The notes: generated by a model not told the origin, from the sequence alone. DNA of 64,000 nucleotides from Arcobacteraceae bacterium (GCA_048268245.1 JBLWVX010000001.1:128001-192000), one strand, 5' to 3'. Positions 10,649-20,493 are shown, counted from the stretch's first letter. Made by a program: numbers and translations.

Positions 10649-11353
10649 TTATAAAAAAGTAGAAAGTAAACCAATTAATCCACCAAAAACAGCACCCCAA
10701 ACAACTAACCATCCTAGATGTTCTCTTATGATTTTTTGAATCATTTCTTTTACCATTTTAGGTGTTAATTCATCTAATCTTTTATTTACAATTGAACTTA
10801 ATTTATTGTAAATATCATCACTTAAATCATCTGATTTTAAAGCCTCATTTAAAACAGCTTGAAAAGAATCACTTTTTGAAATATCAACTATTGAACTTCT
10901 TAGTTTTTTTGTAAAAGGTTCTTTTAGAGGCTCTAAAGCTTGCTCTCCTCCAAACATTCCAAGCATTCCACCAAAAGATGACTCCATAACTGCACTTTTT
11001 AGTGAGTCATAAGCAGGTGTAAAATCTGTTTTATTTAAAATCTTTTCAAAATCAACAGTGTTTTTAGCACTATTTACCTCATCTTCAAAAAATCTTTTTA
11101 GATGTTCTTTTGTAAAGAACTGATTCATAAGTAAATCATGAATTGACTTTTTAAATTGTGAAAATTTATTTTCAATAACACCCGAACCATAAAGATATGG
11201 AACTTTTTCAAAAAGCATATGAATTGCAAGTGTATTTGTAAGTGAACCACTTAAAGCAAAAAGTCCTATTGTAAAAATAGTGTCATAGCCATTTGAATAA
11301 CCATAAGCCATAAGTAACAAAGCAGCTAAATTTGTAATATCAGATTTATTCAT
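10649..11353 (-). CDS. DUF445 family membrane protein
   Basis: TNTLAIHMLFEKVP...GSGVI N-terminus and HLGWLVVWGAVFGGLIG C-terminus. Confidence 0.85.
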   Translation of the reverse strand: MNKSDITNLAALLLMAYGYSNGYDTIFTIGLFALSGSLTNTLAIHMLFEKVPYLYGSGVIENKFSQFKKSIHDLLMNQFFTKEHLKRFFEDEVNSAKNTVDFEKILNKTDFTPAYDSLKSAVMESSFGGMLGMFGGEQALEPLKEPFTKKLRSSIVDISKSDSFQAVLNEALKSDDLSDDIYNKLSSIVNKRLDELTPKMVKEMIQKIIREHLGWLVVWGAVFGGLIGLLSTFL

Positions 11354-11420
11354 TTGTAAAATCCCCCTAATTAAAAGGGGATTTTAACATAAGTTTTGTA
11401 AGAAAAGTTTTTAAGCAGTT

Positions 11421-14400
11421 TTATTTTATTTCATAAATAGCAGTAGAACCACTTACTTCATAAGCAACCATAAGTAATGCACTTCCAGTTGGACTATTTT
11501 CAGCTTTTACAAACTTCATACCCTCTGGTGAAATATTTTCATTTTTATTTGATTTAATATATTTAACAAATTTAGAGTTTTGAGCATCTGTAATATCATA
11601 GATTACAATTGCATTTTGTCTTTCTAACCCAACAAAAGCATATGTTCTATCATTTACTTCACCAACAGCTAAAGCTTCTGGTTCAACTCCTTTATTACCA
11701 CTTCTTCTATCTTTTTCTCCATCATCTTGATTAAATAAATTTGGCATAAATTTTGCAGTTAATTTTGATAATTCATTTTTACTATCAAATACTAAAGTAC
11801 CTTCTTCATCCCAAATAGAGAATGATCTAGCACCAAAAGTATATAACTTTTCATAATCACCTGAACTATTTTTACCTAATTCATTATTCACTTTTAAATC
11901 ATTTTCATTTTCATAAGCAAATGCAATTGAAGAGTCTAAAGATAATTTACTAATCTTTGTTTCATTTGCATAGTCACCATACTCTCTTCCATCACCCTCA
12001 TTTGCTGTTACTAAATATGTTTTTGAACCTATCTTATAAGAAGCTATTGAATCTGGTTGATACATACCATATAAACCTTTATAAGTTTTAAGCATTGGAA
12101 TACCTTCTTCTTCAATATCTATAGCATTCTCTTCTTTTGAATGGTCTTTAAATCCTAAAGCAACAACTGAGTCAATCTTTTTAGAAGTAATATCAACAAT
12201 AGCTAATGCATTGTTTTCTTGAAGAATTACATAAGCTTTATTTCCTGAAACAGTTACATATTCAGGTTCTAAGTCTAAAGAAGCATCAACACCATCTTTT
12301 AATACTACATCACTTGGAATTTCAATACCATCAAAAGTTAAATCAGTATATGAGTAGTTACTGTTAACCTCAATTATTCCTACTGAACCTTTTGGATCAT
12401 ATGAGTAGTCACTATTTGGCTCACCCTCATTTGCTACAATGATTTTTGAACCATCTTCATTAAATGTAACCATATCTGGTAAATATCCAACCTCTATAGT
12501 CTTCATATGTGTTCCATTTGTATCAAATACAACAACAAAACCTTTCATTTGTTTTGATGAATCCTGTGAATCTACTTTTTCAACTGCTACTGCAACTTTT
12601 CCATTTGCTACTGCAACTGAGTTTACACTATTTCCGTAAGTTGATAAGTTAACTGATTTATAAGATGTTAAACTCATAGTTGTTTTATCTTTATCATAAA
12701 AAACTGTATTAATATCTAAAGCATTATTAGCTCCATTTGTAGTAAACATTCTATTTGTATCACTATCAAAAGCTACAATCTCGCTTCCACCTTCTATTGA
12801 AGTTTCTAATACAGCAAGCTTTTCAAAAGAGTTTAACTTTGGTGTTTCTTTTAACTCATCTAAGTTTTTAAATGGTCCTATATATCCAATAGTTGATTCT
12901 TTTTGAGCAAGAGTAGAAGATTGAGACTTCATAGGGTGTTGTGTTACAACAGATAAATATCCATATCCATTTGCTAAATTACTATACCAAAATGGTGAAG
13001 TCGTTTCAGAATCAAGAGGAGTTGTAAATGTTCTAGTTAACTCTTTAGTTTTAACATTATAAGCCCAAACAACATTATTCTCATGTTTACCTGTATCTTC
13101 ACCAATCATTAGAATGTCAGAGTTCTCTAAGAAAGTAACATTGTCAGGATTTGAAATACCATTTATGTCACAACTATTATTTGCATAAACAGAACCACTA
13201 TCATAAGTAGTTGGTATTCCACTTATTACTGCATTCATGTTTTTTACTACATACTCAGAGTCAATTGTAGTATCAGCAGTATCTTTTGCTGTTTGAGTAT
13301 TTACATCTAAAGAGTAAACAGCCCCACATTGATTATATGCTACTTTAATATCATTATTTCCACCAATGTCATATTTTGTGTTAGTTGTTCCACTTTTTTT
13401 ATTATCTTCCATTCCTCTTTCAACTGAACTCATTGATACATATAATTTTCCTGAGTTTTTATCAAAAGTAATACCCTCTTCTTTTCTAAACTCAGTTGTA
13501 GCTCCCATATAAGCAGCGTATCTTCTAGACTCTAATCTTGAAGCAGCTTTTTGCATTCCTTCTTTTAGGTTTAAACACTCAAACCCAACACTTGTATTAG
13601 TTGCAGTATAACCTGTAGGACAAGTACCATCACTATTTCCAGCTACTGTATCAAAAATATCTGAGAATTTAATTGCATCATTTGTTGCAATATTTCCATC
13701 TTTATCTAAATATTCTCTAATTTCACTATCTGTTGCATGACCTAAGTTAACCCATGTAATATCAGCTTCGCCAGCACCAACTCCAACTTGTGAAGTCTGA
13801 TTCCACTTAGCAGCATATAATGTACCTGCACTTAAATCTTTTGCTTTATCAGCAACAAACATAAATAGTCCAACATTTGTTCCATCATCTGATAAATATA
13901 CAGTTTTATTATCAGGCATTACATATGCTAACTCATGCGACATTCTTCCCATTGAGTAGTGTTTTGTATATTCTGGTTTACCATCTTTGATTTTTACTTC
14001 TGGATTCCAACCATAGTAGTATGGTGACATTTTAGTAGCATCACCTTTCCAGAATTTTGCAACCTCATCATAATACTTATTCCCTGTTAATCCAGTATTT
14101 GAATCGGCACCTTGCTCCACAGCTTTAGCATCTGGTTCATACTCTTCTGAACCTAAGTGAGATTCCCAAGGTGTTTTTTGACCTGCACAGTGAACAAAGC
14201 CACCAAATTCATCTTTTTGAGAGATAAACTTCATACTATTTTCTTTTGGACTTAATTCACCAGTTTGCTCATTTTGCTCTAACTCTACCATGTACATAGA
14301 GCCAACTTGACACTCAAACTGAGATACCATATATAAATTTCCATCTTTATTTAAAAATGATGTATAATCAAGTCCCGAACCAACTCCACTATTTGTACCA

Positions 14401-15185
14401 TTACAAATATATGGTGAACCATCATCTATAGCTCCTCTACTAAAAGTAATTACATCATCCATATAATCTTTTGATAAACCAAATACTTCACCATTATTAC
14501 TATCACCAGTAGCCATAATTGTTTTATATGAAATATTTTGAGTTTTACCATTTATTACAACTTCTGAAGATGCTTGTCTAGTTGTTTTAGTAGCATCAGT
14601 TGTAGGTGTTTGTATTTCTTTGAATTTTACATCTACTTTATTTGCAAACTTTTTACTTACATCAATCTTGATTTTTTTGATTTTTTCTTTTATATCTGCA
14701 TCATCTAATTTCTCAGATAGTTTATCAATAGATGAAAAATCTAAAGCAGAAGAAGAACTTCCTTCGATATCTTCAGGTAATTCAAAAGTTTCTGGAAGGT
14801 TATTTATATCATAATCAATTCCAGTTTTTTTACTCATTTTTGCAATAATAAATGCAGATAAGGCTGCACTTGAAACATTTTCATTTTGCTCAGCAATTGC
14901 AGCAATTGTAAGTTTTGAGCTAGGAGTTGCTTTTAATTCTTTTCCACCTATCACAAACTTACAAGTTTCACCCTCATTATATTTGTATTCCCCATTACTA
15001 TTTGTAGTACCATTAGTATCTCCACATGTATAATCGATATTTGCTAAATTTGGATTTAGATTCAATGTTCCTGTCGAACTTTGTGAATTGGATGTTTGTG
15101 AATAAGAACTTCCACATCCTATAAAAGTAATTGAAGCTAAAATAGCTGAAGCAACAAAACTCATTCTCAAATAATTTCTTTTCAT
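11421..15185 (-). CDS. phoX: Lipoprotein: PhoX (DUF839) alkaline phosphatase fused to choice-of-anchor-I beta-propeller
   Basis: Lipobox FIG-C24; PhoX motifs HCAG..TPWESHLGSEEY, GRMSHE, YLSDDG, FRKEEG, NPDN, IGED; C-terminal VANEGEP, EPEY, LQENNA, YQPD, ANEGDGR, KGVEPE, GLER, SPEG motifs. Confidence 0.85.
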   Translation of the reverse strand: MKRNYLRMSFVASAILASITFIGCGSSYSQTSNSQSSTGTLNLNPNLANIDYTCGDTNGTTNSNGEYKYNEGETCKFVIGGKELKATPSSKLTIAAIAEQNENVSSAALSAFIIAKMSKKTGIDYDINNLPETFELPEDIEGSSSSALDFSSIDKLSEKLDDADIKEKIKKIKIDVSKKFANKVDVKFKEIQTPTTDATKTTRQASSEVVINGKTQNISYKTIMATGDSNNGEVFGLSKDYMDDVITFSRGAIDDGSPYICNGTNSGVGSGLDYTSFLNKDGNLYMVSQFECQVGSMYMVELEQNEQTGELSPKENSMKFISQKDEFGGFVHCAGQKTPWESHLGSEEYEPDAKAVEQGADSNTGLTGNKYYDEVAKFWKGDATKMSPYYYGWNPEVKIKDGKPEYTKHYSMGRMSHELAYVMPDNKTVYLSDDGTNVGLFMFVADKAKDLSAGTLYAAKWNQTSQVGVGAGEADITWVNLGHATDSEIREYLDKDGNIATNDAIKFSDIFDTVAGNSDGTCPTGYTATNTSVGFECLNLKEGMQKAASRLESRRYAAYMGATTEFRKEEGITFDKNSGKLYVSMSSVERGMEDNKKSGTTNTKYDIGGNNDIKVAYNQCGAVYSLDVNTQTAKDTADTTIDSEYVVKNMNAVISGIPTTYDSGSVYANNSCDINGISNPDNVTFLENSDILMIGEDTGKHENNVVWAYNVKTKELTRTFTTPLDSETTSPFWYSNLANGYGYLSVVTQHPMKSQSSTLAQKESTIGYIGPFKNLDELKETPKLNSFEKLAVLETSIEGGSEIVAFDSDTNRMFTTNGANNALDINTVFYDKDKTTMSLTSYKSVNLSTYGNSVNSVAVANGKVAVAVEKVDSQDSSKQMKGFVVVFDTNGTHMKTIEVGYLPDMVTFNEDGSKIIVANEGEPNSDYSYDPKGSVGIIEVNSNYSYTDLTFDGIEIPSDVVLKDGVDASLDLEPEYVTVSGNKAYVILQENNALAIVDITSKKIDSVVALGFKDHSKEENAIDIEEEGIPMLKTYKGLYGMYQPDSIASYKIGSKTYLVTANEGDGREYGDYANETKISKLSLDSSIAFAYENENDLKVNNELGKNSSGDYEKLYTFGARSFSIWDEEGTLVFDSKNELSKLTAKFMPNLFNQDDGEKDRRSGNKGVEPEALAVGEVNDRTYAFVGLERQNAIVIYDITDAQNSKFVKYIKSNKNENISPEGMKFVKAENSPTGSALLMVAYEVSGSTAIYEIK

Positions 15186-15237
15186 AATTTTCCTTTATTA
15201 TACATAATATGTAAACTTTCATGTTATTTGTGCGGAA

Positions 15238-15270
15238 ATTTTAATAAAGAAAAATTACAAGAAAGTTACA
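15238..15270 (-). promoter_or_regulatory. phoX promoter with pho-box-like direct repeat
   Basis: Minus strand: TGTAA-N6-TGTAA (plus-strand TTACA at 15266 and 15255), then -10 TAAAAT at 15238-15243. Confidence 0.65.
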
Positions 15271-15358
15271 AAAAAACAATGGTTACCAAGAAGGTTAAAG
15301 CTTTAAAGAAATTATCTTATCTTAGATAGTTCTTTCTTTTTTAAAGCTTAAATAGATT

Positions 15359-15673
15359 TTATTTAAACAATTTTACATAATTATGTTCAGGAGTCTTTCG
15401 TAAGAAAAAAACAAGCTTAAAGGGCTTCTTTTCAAGCTTTACGAAAGAGTGTTTCTTTAAAAATGGGTATCTCTTAGTAACCATGATTTTATCATTTTCA
15501 TCTAGTATATTATAGTTATATAAACCACATTTATTTTTACTGTTACTTTTACAAATAACTTTTGCTTTTTGTGTATTTATATCATAAGAAACATCTAAAT
15601 TTATTGTATAACTAACAGGATGAGCGATACCAAAACTAAATAAAAAACTCAATATTAATAAAACTTTATTCAC
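15359..15673 (-). CDS. Small secreted hypothetical protein (predicted mature N-terminal His)
   Basis: Signal peptide ending ...GIA|HPVSY; overlaps the DUF1007 stop. Confidence 0.7.
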   Translation of the reverse strand: MNKVLLILSFLFSFGIAHPVSYTINLDVSYDINTQKAKVICKSNSKNKCGLYNYNILDENDKIMVTKRYPFLKKHSFVKLEKKPFKLVFFLRKTPEHNYVKLFK

Positions 15674-16151
15674 TTGAAACTCCTAAACAAAAATCATACT
15701 CGCTTTTTTGAACATCCAATTTAGTATGAGAACTAACTTCATTTAATTTATATGCCATATAAATTTTCTCATCCATTGTACACATTGTAAACACTTCATC
15801 TAGTTTTATATCAATATCAAAAGTAAGAGAAACTCTTCGTTTCTCAAACTTAACATCAATGTTAGAAGGGTTTATTTTGTACTCTTCATTATCAGCTAAG
15901 AATATATTATAGTTATTATTCTCAAGTGTTTTAAAATGTACCTTTATAAACTCTTCTTTTTCATTTAAGTCAAATTTTTTATTAGAGTTTTTATCAAAAT
16001 CAAAAAGTAAAACCCTTGAATTAAGCTTATCAAACAACCATTCATTTTTTATTTTTCCATCTTCAAAAAAGATATTTGAATCTATAAAAAAATGAGGGTG
16101 TGCCTTTAAACTAACAGTAGCTATAAATAAAATAACTAAAATCTTTTTCAT
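15666..16151 (-). CDS. DUF1007 family periplasmic protein
   Basis: Signal peptide, then A|HPHFFID, W.FD.LNS and a DxDxN loop; adjacent to NicO/RcnA-like gene as is usual for DUF1007. Confidence 0.8.
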   Translation of the reverse strand: MKKILVILFIATVSLKAHPHFFIDSNIFFEDGKIKNEWLFDKLNSRVLLFDFDKNSNKKFDLNEKEEFIKVHFKTLENNNYNIFLADNEEYKINPSNIDVKFEKRRVSLTFDIDIKLDEVFTMCTMDEKIYMAYKLNEVSSHTKLDVQKSEYDFCLGVSSE

Positions 16152-16879
16152 ACTAATAAAAATACTCCTAATCCTAATAATAAAACAATTGCCCCGTAAG
16201 TTAAAATATTCATAAACATCTTGTAGCTATTAAACTTTTTATTTTTAACCTGAGTAGCAAGTATAGCTGCTAATGAAATAGTAAGACCCATACCAATACT
16301 CATAGTTATAGCACTTAGAATACCTAAGTTTATATACCCTAGAATCATTGAAAATAGTACTATTGTCATAACTCCTGGGCAAGGTACTATTCCTATTGAT
16401 AAACTAACAGCAAAAAGATTTTTATTCTTTAACTTTTGAGTTTTTTCTTCTTCATTTCTGTCTTTAATTACTTCATATAATAAATACAAAGCAATTAAGA
16501 TTATAAATACAGCAGAAACCTTATACATATTGGCATTTATCTCTTGAAAATGTTTTGTAACTGACCTTTGAAAAAAAAGATATAAGACCCCAGTTATTAA
16601 AAGGGCTGATACTGTATGAATAATTGAAGTTAAAAAACCTGCTTTAAAAGCCTCTTTTATTTTTGCTTCTTTTGCCAAAAAGTAACTAGCAATTACCATC
16701 TTACCATGACCTGGTCCTAAAGCATGAACTAAACCATAAAGAAATGACACAAATAAAATAGAGAAAAAAATCATACTTTCACCACTTTCTAGCCTATCAA
16801 AATAATCAGAAATCAGTAGGTTTAACTCTTGTTGTTTTGAAACTATAAAACTTAAAAAACTTGCATAAAACTCTATCAT
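16148..16879 (-). CDS. NicO/RcnA-like nickel/cobalt transporter family membrane protein
   Basis: YGLVHALGPGHGK, HTVSA, GIVPCPG, MSIGMGLT motifs; multiple TM helices. Confidence 0.88.
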   Translation of the reverse strand: MIEFYASFLSFIVSKQQELNLLISDYFDRLESGESMIFFSILFVSFLYGLVHALGPGHGKMVIASYFLAKEAKIKEAFKAGFLTSIIHTVSALLITGVLYLFFQRSVTKHFQEINANMYKVSAVFIILIALYLLYEVIKDRNEEEKTQKLKNKNLFAVSLSIGIVPCPGVMTIVLFSMILGYINLGILSAITMSIGMGLTISLAAILATQVKNKKFNSYKMFMNILTYGAIVLLLGLGVFLLV

Positions 16880-18624
16880 TTTTGAACCTTTTGTAAATGT
16901 GTCATTTGAGCATCTTTTATTTTTTTATGAACATTTTTTGTAGGTTTAATATGAGTGTCTCTACCATAAATATAACTTTGTTCATCAACTATTACTTTAT
17001 ATGCTTTATTTAATTTTAGAGCTCTTTGTTTACTTGGTATTATAAGATGAGTGATATCTTCTTTTAATTTTTCTATTTCATTCTTTTTTAATTTCCAATT
17101 TTGTTTTAAAACAAGTTCAGGATTTTCTAGTTTAGATATCAAATCTCTTTCAATATTTTCACTATCTTTTTCCCACTCTTTTACAAAAAACTTATTTATT
17201 ACTTCTTCATTGGATCTAAACTCATCTCCTGAACTATTTAACCTTAAATATCTAACATATTCAGTTTGTCCATCATCTAAAACTCTATCTTTTACACCTT
17301 TTAAATTTTTTTGACTCCAATGATACCAACCATATGACATATCTACTCCTTCAAACTTCCTTTGAAATACAAAAGTAGAATCAGCAGTTGCTCCTATATT
17401 ACTATGACACCCCATACAAAAAAGTGTCTCCTCATATGTTTGAGGTCTTAACTCACCTTTTTTATCTTCAATAAACCCTTGATATAACCAACCTCTTTTA
17501 TTACTTAATCCAGTTTCCATATTTCCTAAATATACATCAACTCTTTCTGGGAAATCATGTTTTTCTTTTATTTCTGCATAACCTAGATTTAAAAGTTGAG
17601 TATAGTTATTCCAGTGATGTTTCTTTGCATATCTAAACTCTTTTATTCTTGATGCCATTTGTACTTCATTATTTTTAATATCTAAATATCTTACAGTATG
17701 AGCAAACTCAGTACCAATAGGATATAAACCAGGTGCAATATTTTGCTTTCCATCTTCTAAAAGCTTTTTTGCTTCTCCTACATAAGACATAGAAAAATCT
17801 TTTAACTTTCTTGTTTTCAAATCATATTTAGGTGTCATCCAGTTAAAAACAACTGTTGTTGCTAAATCTAATTTATTATTTTGGTTTAAATCAACTCCAT
17901 ATTTTCTTTCATCTACTTCTTTAATCAAAATATCTTTTTGTTTTATTAAAGATTCAATTACAGCTAAATTTATAGAATATAACTCTTTATCAAATACGCC
18001 TTTTTCATTTAAATAAAAACTCTTAGAAAGTCTAATCAACACATCATCAAAACTTCCATTTGTAGGCCAAAAAGTTCCTAAAAAAGGATAGTATGCAAAA
18101 GCCCTCCAGCCTGTATATTCACCTTTTTTATCTATATCAAAGCCATCTTTATCAAAAGAAAAAGCTACATCTGGTATGTAACCATCCCATTTACCATTGT
18201 TATTAAAATCCCAAGATTTTGAAATATTTTCAAGTTTATCTTTTAAAATTACTTTTCCAAATTCATTTTTATAATTGTCCTTTTTTACATAAGCTAATAT
18301 TTCTTCATCAGAAATATTTTTTATTTCATTAGTTCTATCTTTAAAAAGATTAGTCCATGGGTTTTTAAAAGCAGAAGATGGAAAATCATATGCTTCTTGT
18401 AAATCTGCATCTTCTAAAGTAAAATTAGGTTCTTTATTTTTTGTATGACAGCTAAAACAGGGATTATGTAAAATATTTTCATTCAAAGCATTTACTGTTT
18501 TTGTATAACATTGACTTGAAATATATGCTGTTTTATTATATAAACTTTTACTTTTTAAATCTTGTGCAAAACTATAATTTGCAAATAAAAATAGAGTTGT
18601 AAAAAGTATATTTTTCTTATTCAT
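16876..18624 (-). CDS. Uncharacterised secreted protein with two CxxCH motifs (putative diheme c-type cytochrome)
   Basis: Sec signal; PCFSCH and FCMGCH; DFNNNG and DLNQNN Ca-loop-like motifs. Confidence 0.7.
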   Translation of the reverse strand: MNKKNILFTTLFLFANYSFAQDLKSKSLYNKTAYISSQCYTKTVNALNENILHNPCFSCHTKNKEPNFTLEDADLQEAYDFPSSAFKNPWTNLFKDRTNEIKNISDEEILAYVKKDNYKNEFGKVILKDKLENISKSWDFNNNGKWDGYIPDVAFSFDKDGFDIDKKGEYTGWRAFAYYPFLGTFWPTNGSFDDVLIRLSKSFYLNEKGVFDKELYSINLAVIESLIKQKDILIKEVDERKYGVDLNQNNKLDLATTVVFNWMTPKYDLKTRKLKDFSMSYVGEAKKLLEDGKQNIAPGLYPIGTEFAHTVRYLDIKNNEVQMASRIKEFRYAKKHHWNNYTQLLNLGYAEIKEKHDFPERVDVYLGNMETGLSNKRGWLYQGFIEDKKGELRPQTYEETLFCMGCHSNIGATADSTFVFQRKFEGVDMSYGWYHWSQKNLKGVKDRVLDDGQTEYVRYLRLNSSGDEFRSNEEVINKFFVKEWEKDSENIERDLISKLENPELVLKQNWKLKKNEIEKLKEDITHLIIPSKQRALKLNKAYKVIVDEQSYIYGRDTHIKPTKNVHKKIKDAQMTHLQKVQK

Positions 18625-18650
18625 TATTTGTCCTCATCTAAAATTTTGTG

Positions 18651-18746
18651 ATTATAAAGAGATAAAATTACAATTTAGTAACAATTTTATTTATGGTCAC
18701 TAAAAAAGGTTACTGTTACCTTTTTGTAATCAAAGAAAACTACAAT
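18651..18746. promoter_or_regulatory. Divergent promoters, each with a pho-box-like 11-bp direct repeat
   Basis: Minus strand: -10 TATAAT 18651-18656, boxes at 18668 and 18679. Plus strand: TGTTA 18714, TGTAA 18725, -10 TACAAT 18741-18746. Confidence 0.65.
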
Positions 18747-18763
18747 TACATCAAGGAGAATAT

Positions 18764-20476
18764 ATGATTGATGTACAAAAAGAAATAGAAAAAAAGTTTC
18801 CAAATATAAATAAAAAACAGAACTTTTTGAAAAAGTCTTTATTTAAAATAGCTAGAAAGATAGTACATGAAGACTCTATAAACCAATTTTTATCACAAAA
18901 TTCCCACTTAAAAGGTTTTGAGTTTGTAGATGCTGTTTTAGACTATTTTGACTTTGACTATACTGTTTCAAGTAATGACTTGCAAAATATTCCTAGTTCA
19001 GGAAAAGTTGTGATTATTGCGAACCATCCTTTAGGTGGCTTAGATGCTTTATGTTTACTTAGATTAATCTCACAAGTAAGAAAAGATGTAAAAATTGTAG
19101 CAAATGATTTTCTAGTTGGATTTGAAGCTTTAAACTCACTTTTGATTCCAATAGATAACTATAAAATTAGACAATCAAAAAAAGATATTAAAAATATCTA
19201 TGAAGCACTAAACAATGAGGAAGCAATTATTATCTTCCCAGCAGGTGAAGTAAGCCGAGCTACTTCAAAAGGAATAAAAGATCCCGTTTGGAATAAAGGT
19301 TTTTTAAACTTTGCACAAAATACAGGAGCTTCTATACTTCCTATATATTTAGATGCAAAGAATTCTAAGACTTTTTATACAGTATCTGTTTTAAATAAAA
19401 CCTTTTCAACATTACTTTTATCAAATGAAATGTTTAAAAAGAAATCAAAAAGAATTAATATTAAAATTGGAGAGATTATTCCAAATGAGAATATCTTACC
19501 AAAAGGTATAAATAAAAAGTTTTTAGTAAACATTTATAGAAAACATTTATATGCATTAAAAAAAGGAAAAAAATCTTTTTTTCAAACACAATCAGCAATT
19601 GCCCATCCACAAAGAAGAGCAGATATATTATCAGAGCTTAAAAATTCACAATTAATTGGTGAAACAAAAGATGGTAAAGAAATATATCTTTATGATTATA
19701 CAGAAGACTCTGTAGTACTAAAAGAACTTGGAAGATTAAGAGAAATATCTTTTAGAAAAGTTGGTGAGGGTATCAATAAAAAAAGAGATACAGACAAGTT
19801 TGACATATATTATCAACACATTATTTTATGGGATAAAAATGATTTAGAAATAGTTGGCTCTTATAGAATTGGCAATTCTGATTTTATCTATAAAAATATT
19901 GGAGTTAAAGGTTTTTATTCAAACAAACTATTTGATTTTAATGAAGATATGACTCCTTATTTAAAAAATTCACTTGAACTCGGAAGAAGTTTTGTTCAGC
20001 CTAAATATTGGGGGACAAGAGCTTTAGATTACCTATGGTATGGAATTGGAGCTTATCTTAAGAAAAACCCACATATAAAATATATGTTTGGACCTGTATC
20101 AATGAGTGCATCTTTTCCAAAAGCTGCAAAAGATATGATGGTTTATTACTATTCCCATTACTTTAAAACAAAAGCCAATTTAGTAACTGCTAAAACTCCG
20201 TACCAATATGCAAATAGTATAAATGAAGTAAAAGAAATTTTTAACCTAGAAGATAAAAAAGCAGATTTCAAATTTTTAAAATCAACACTTTCAAATATGA
20301 ACTGTGCTGTACCAACACTTTATAAACAGTATTCAGATATTACAGAAGAGGGTGGTGTTAAATTTTGTGATTTCAATATTGACCCTGAGTTTGCAGATTG
20401 TGTAGATGGATTTATCTTAGTTGAAGTTGACAAGATAAAAGAAAGCGCTAGAAAAAGATATATAGATAAGGATTAG
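18764..20476 (+). CDS. olsF: Bifunctional acyltransferase (PlsC-like + OlsB-like GNAT), OlsF-type ornithine lipid synthase
   Basis: N-terminal IIANHPLGGLD...IFPAGEVS acyltransferase; C-terminal LGRLREISFRKVGEG, DxDKFD, VGSYR, ELGRSFV, PTLYKQY, FNIDPEF GNAT. Confidence 0.75.
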   Translation: MIDVQKEIEKKFPNINKKQNFLKKSLFKIARKIVHEDSINQFLSQNSHLKGFEFVDAVLDYFDFDYTVSSNDLQNIPSSGKVVIIANHPLGGLDALCLLRLISQVRKDVKIVANDFLVGFEALNSLLIPIDNYKIRQSKKDIKNIYEALNNEEAIIIFPAGEVSRATSKGIKDPVWNKGFLNFAQNTGASILPIYLDAKNSKTFYTVSVLNKTFSTLLLSNEMFKKKSKRINIKIGEIIPNENILPKGINKKFLVNIYRKHLYALKKGKKSFFQTQSAIAHPQRRADILSELKNSQLIGETKDGKEIYLYDYTEDSVVLKELGRLREISFRKVGEGINKKRDTDKFDIYYQHIILWDKNDLEIVGSYRIGNSDFIYKNIGVKGFYSNKLFDFNEDMTPYLKNSLELGRSFVQPKYWGTRALDYLWYGIGAYLKKNPHIKYMFGPVSMSASFPKAAKDMMVYYYSHYFKTKANLVTAKTPYQYANSINEVKEIFNLEDKKADFKFLKSTLSNMNCAVPTLYKQYSDITEEGGVKFCDFNIDPEFADCVDGFILVEVDKIKESARKRYIDKD

Positions 20477-20490
20477 TCCTTATCTATATA
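20459..20490. terminator. Hairpin between convergent olsF-like and Kef genes
   Basis: TATAGATAAGGA-TTAG-TCCTTATCTATA perfect inverted repeat. Confidence 0.65.
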
Positions 20491-20493
20491 AAA

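Noticed and set aside
11358..11385. AAAATCCCC...GGGGATTTT hairpin overlapping the DUF445 RBS as a regulatory switch
   Set aside because: More simply the terminator of phoX; no alternative structure or ligand motif seen
95..17314. Short ORFs 95-307, 1436-1630, 1488-1682, 8078-8260, 8883-9098, 12439-12639, 14620-14814, 15013-15222, 17051-17314
   Set aside because: They overlap longer motif-supported genes on the opposite strand or in another frame; low-complexity F/S/L/I composition typical of shadows
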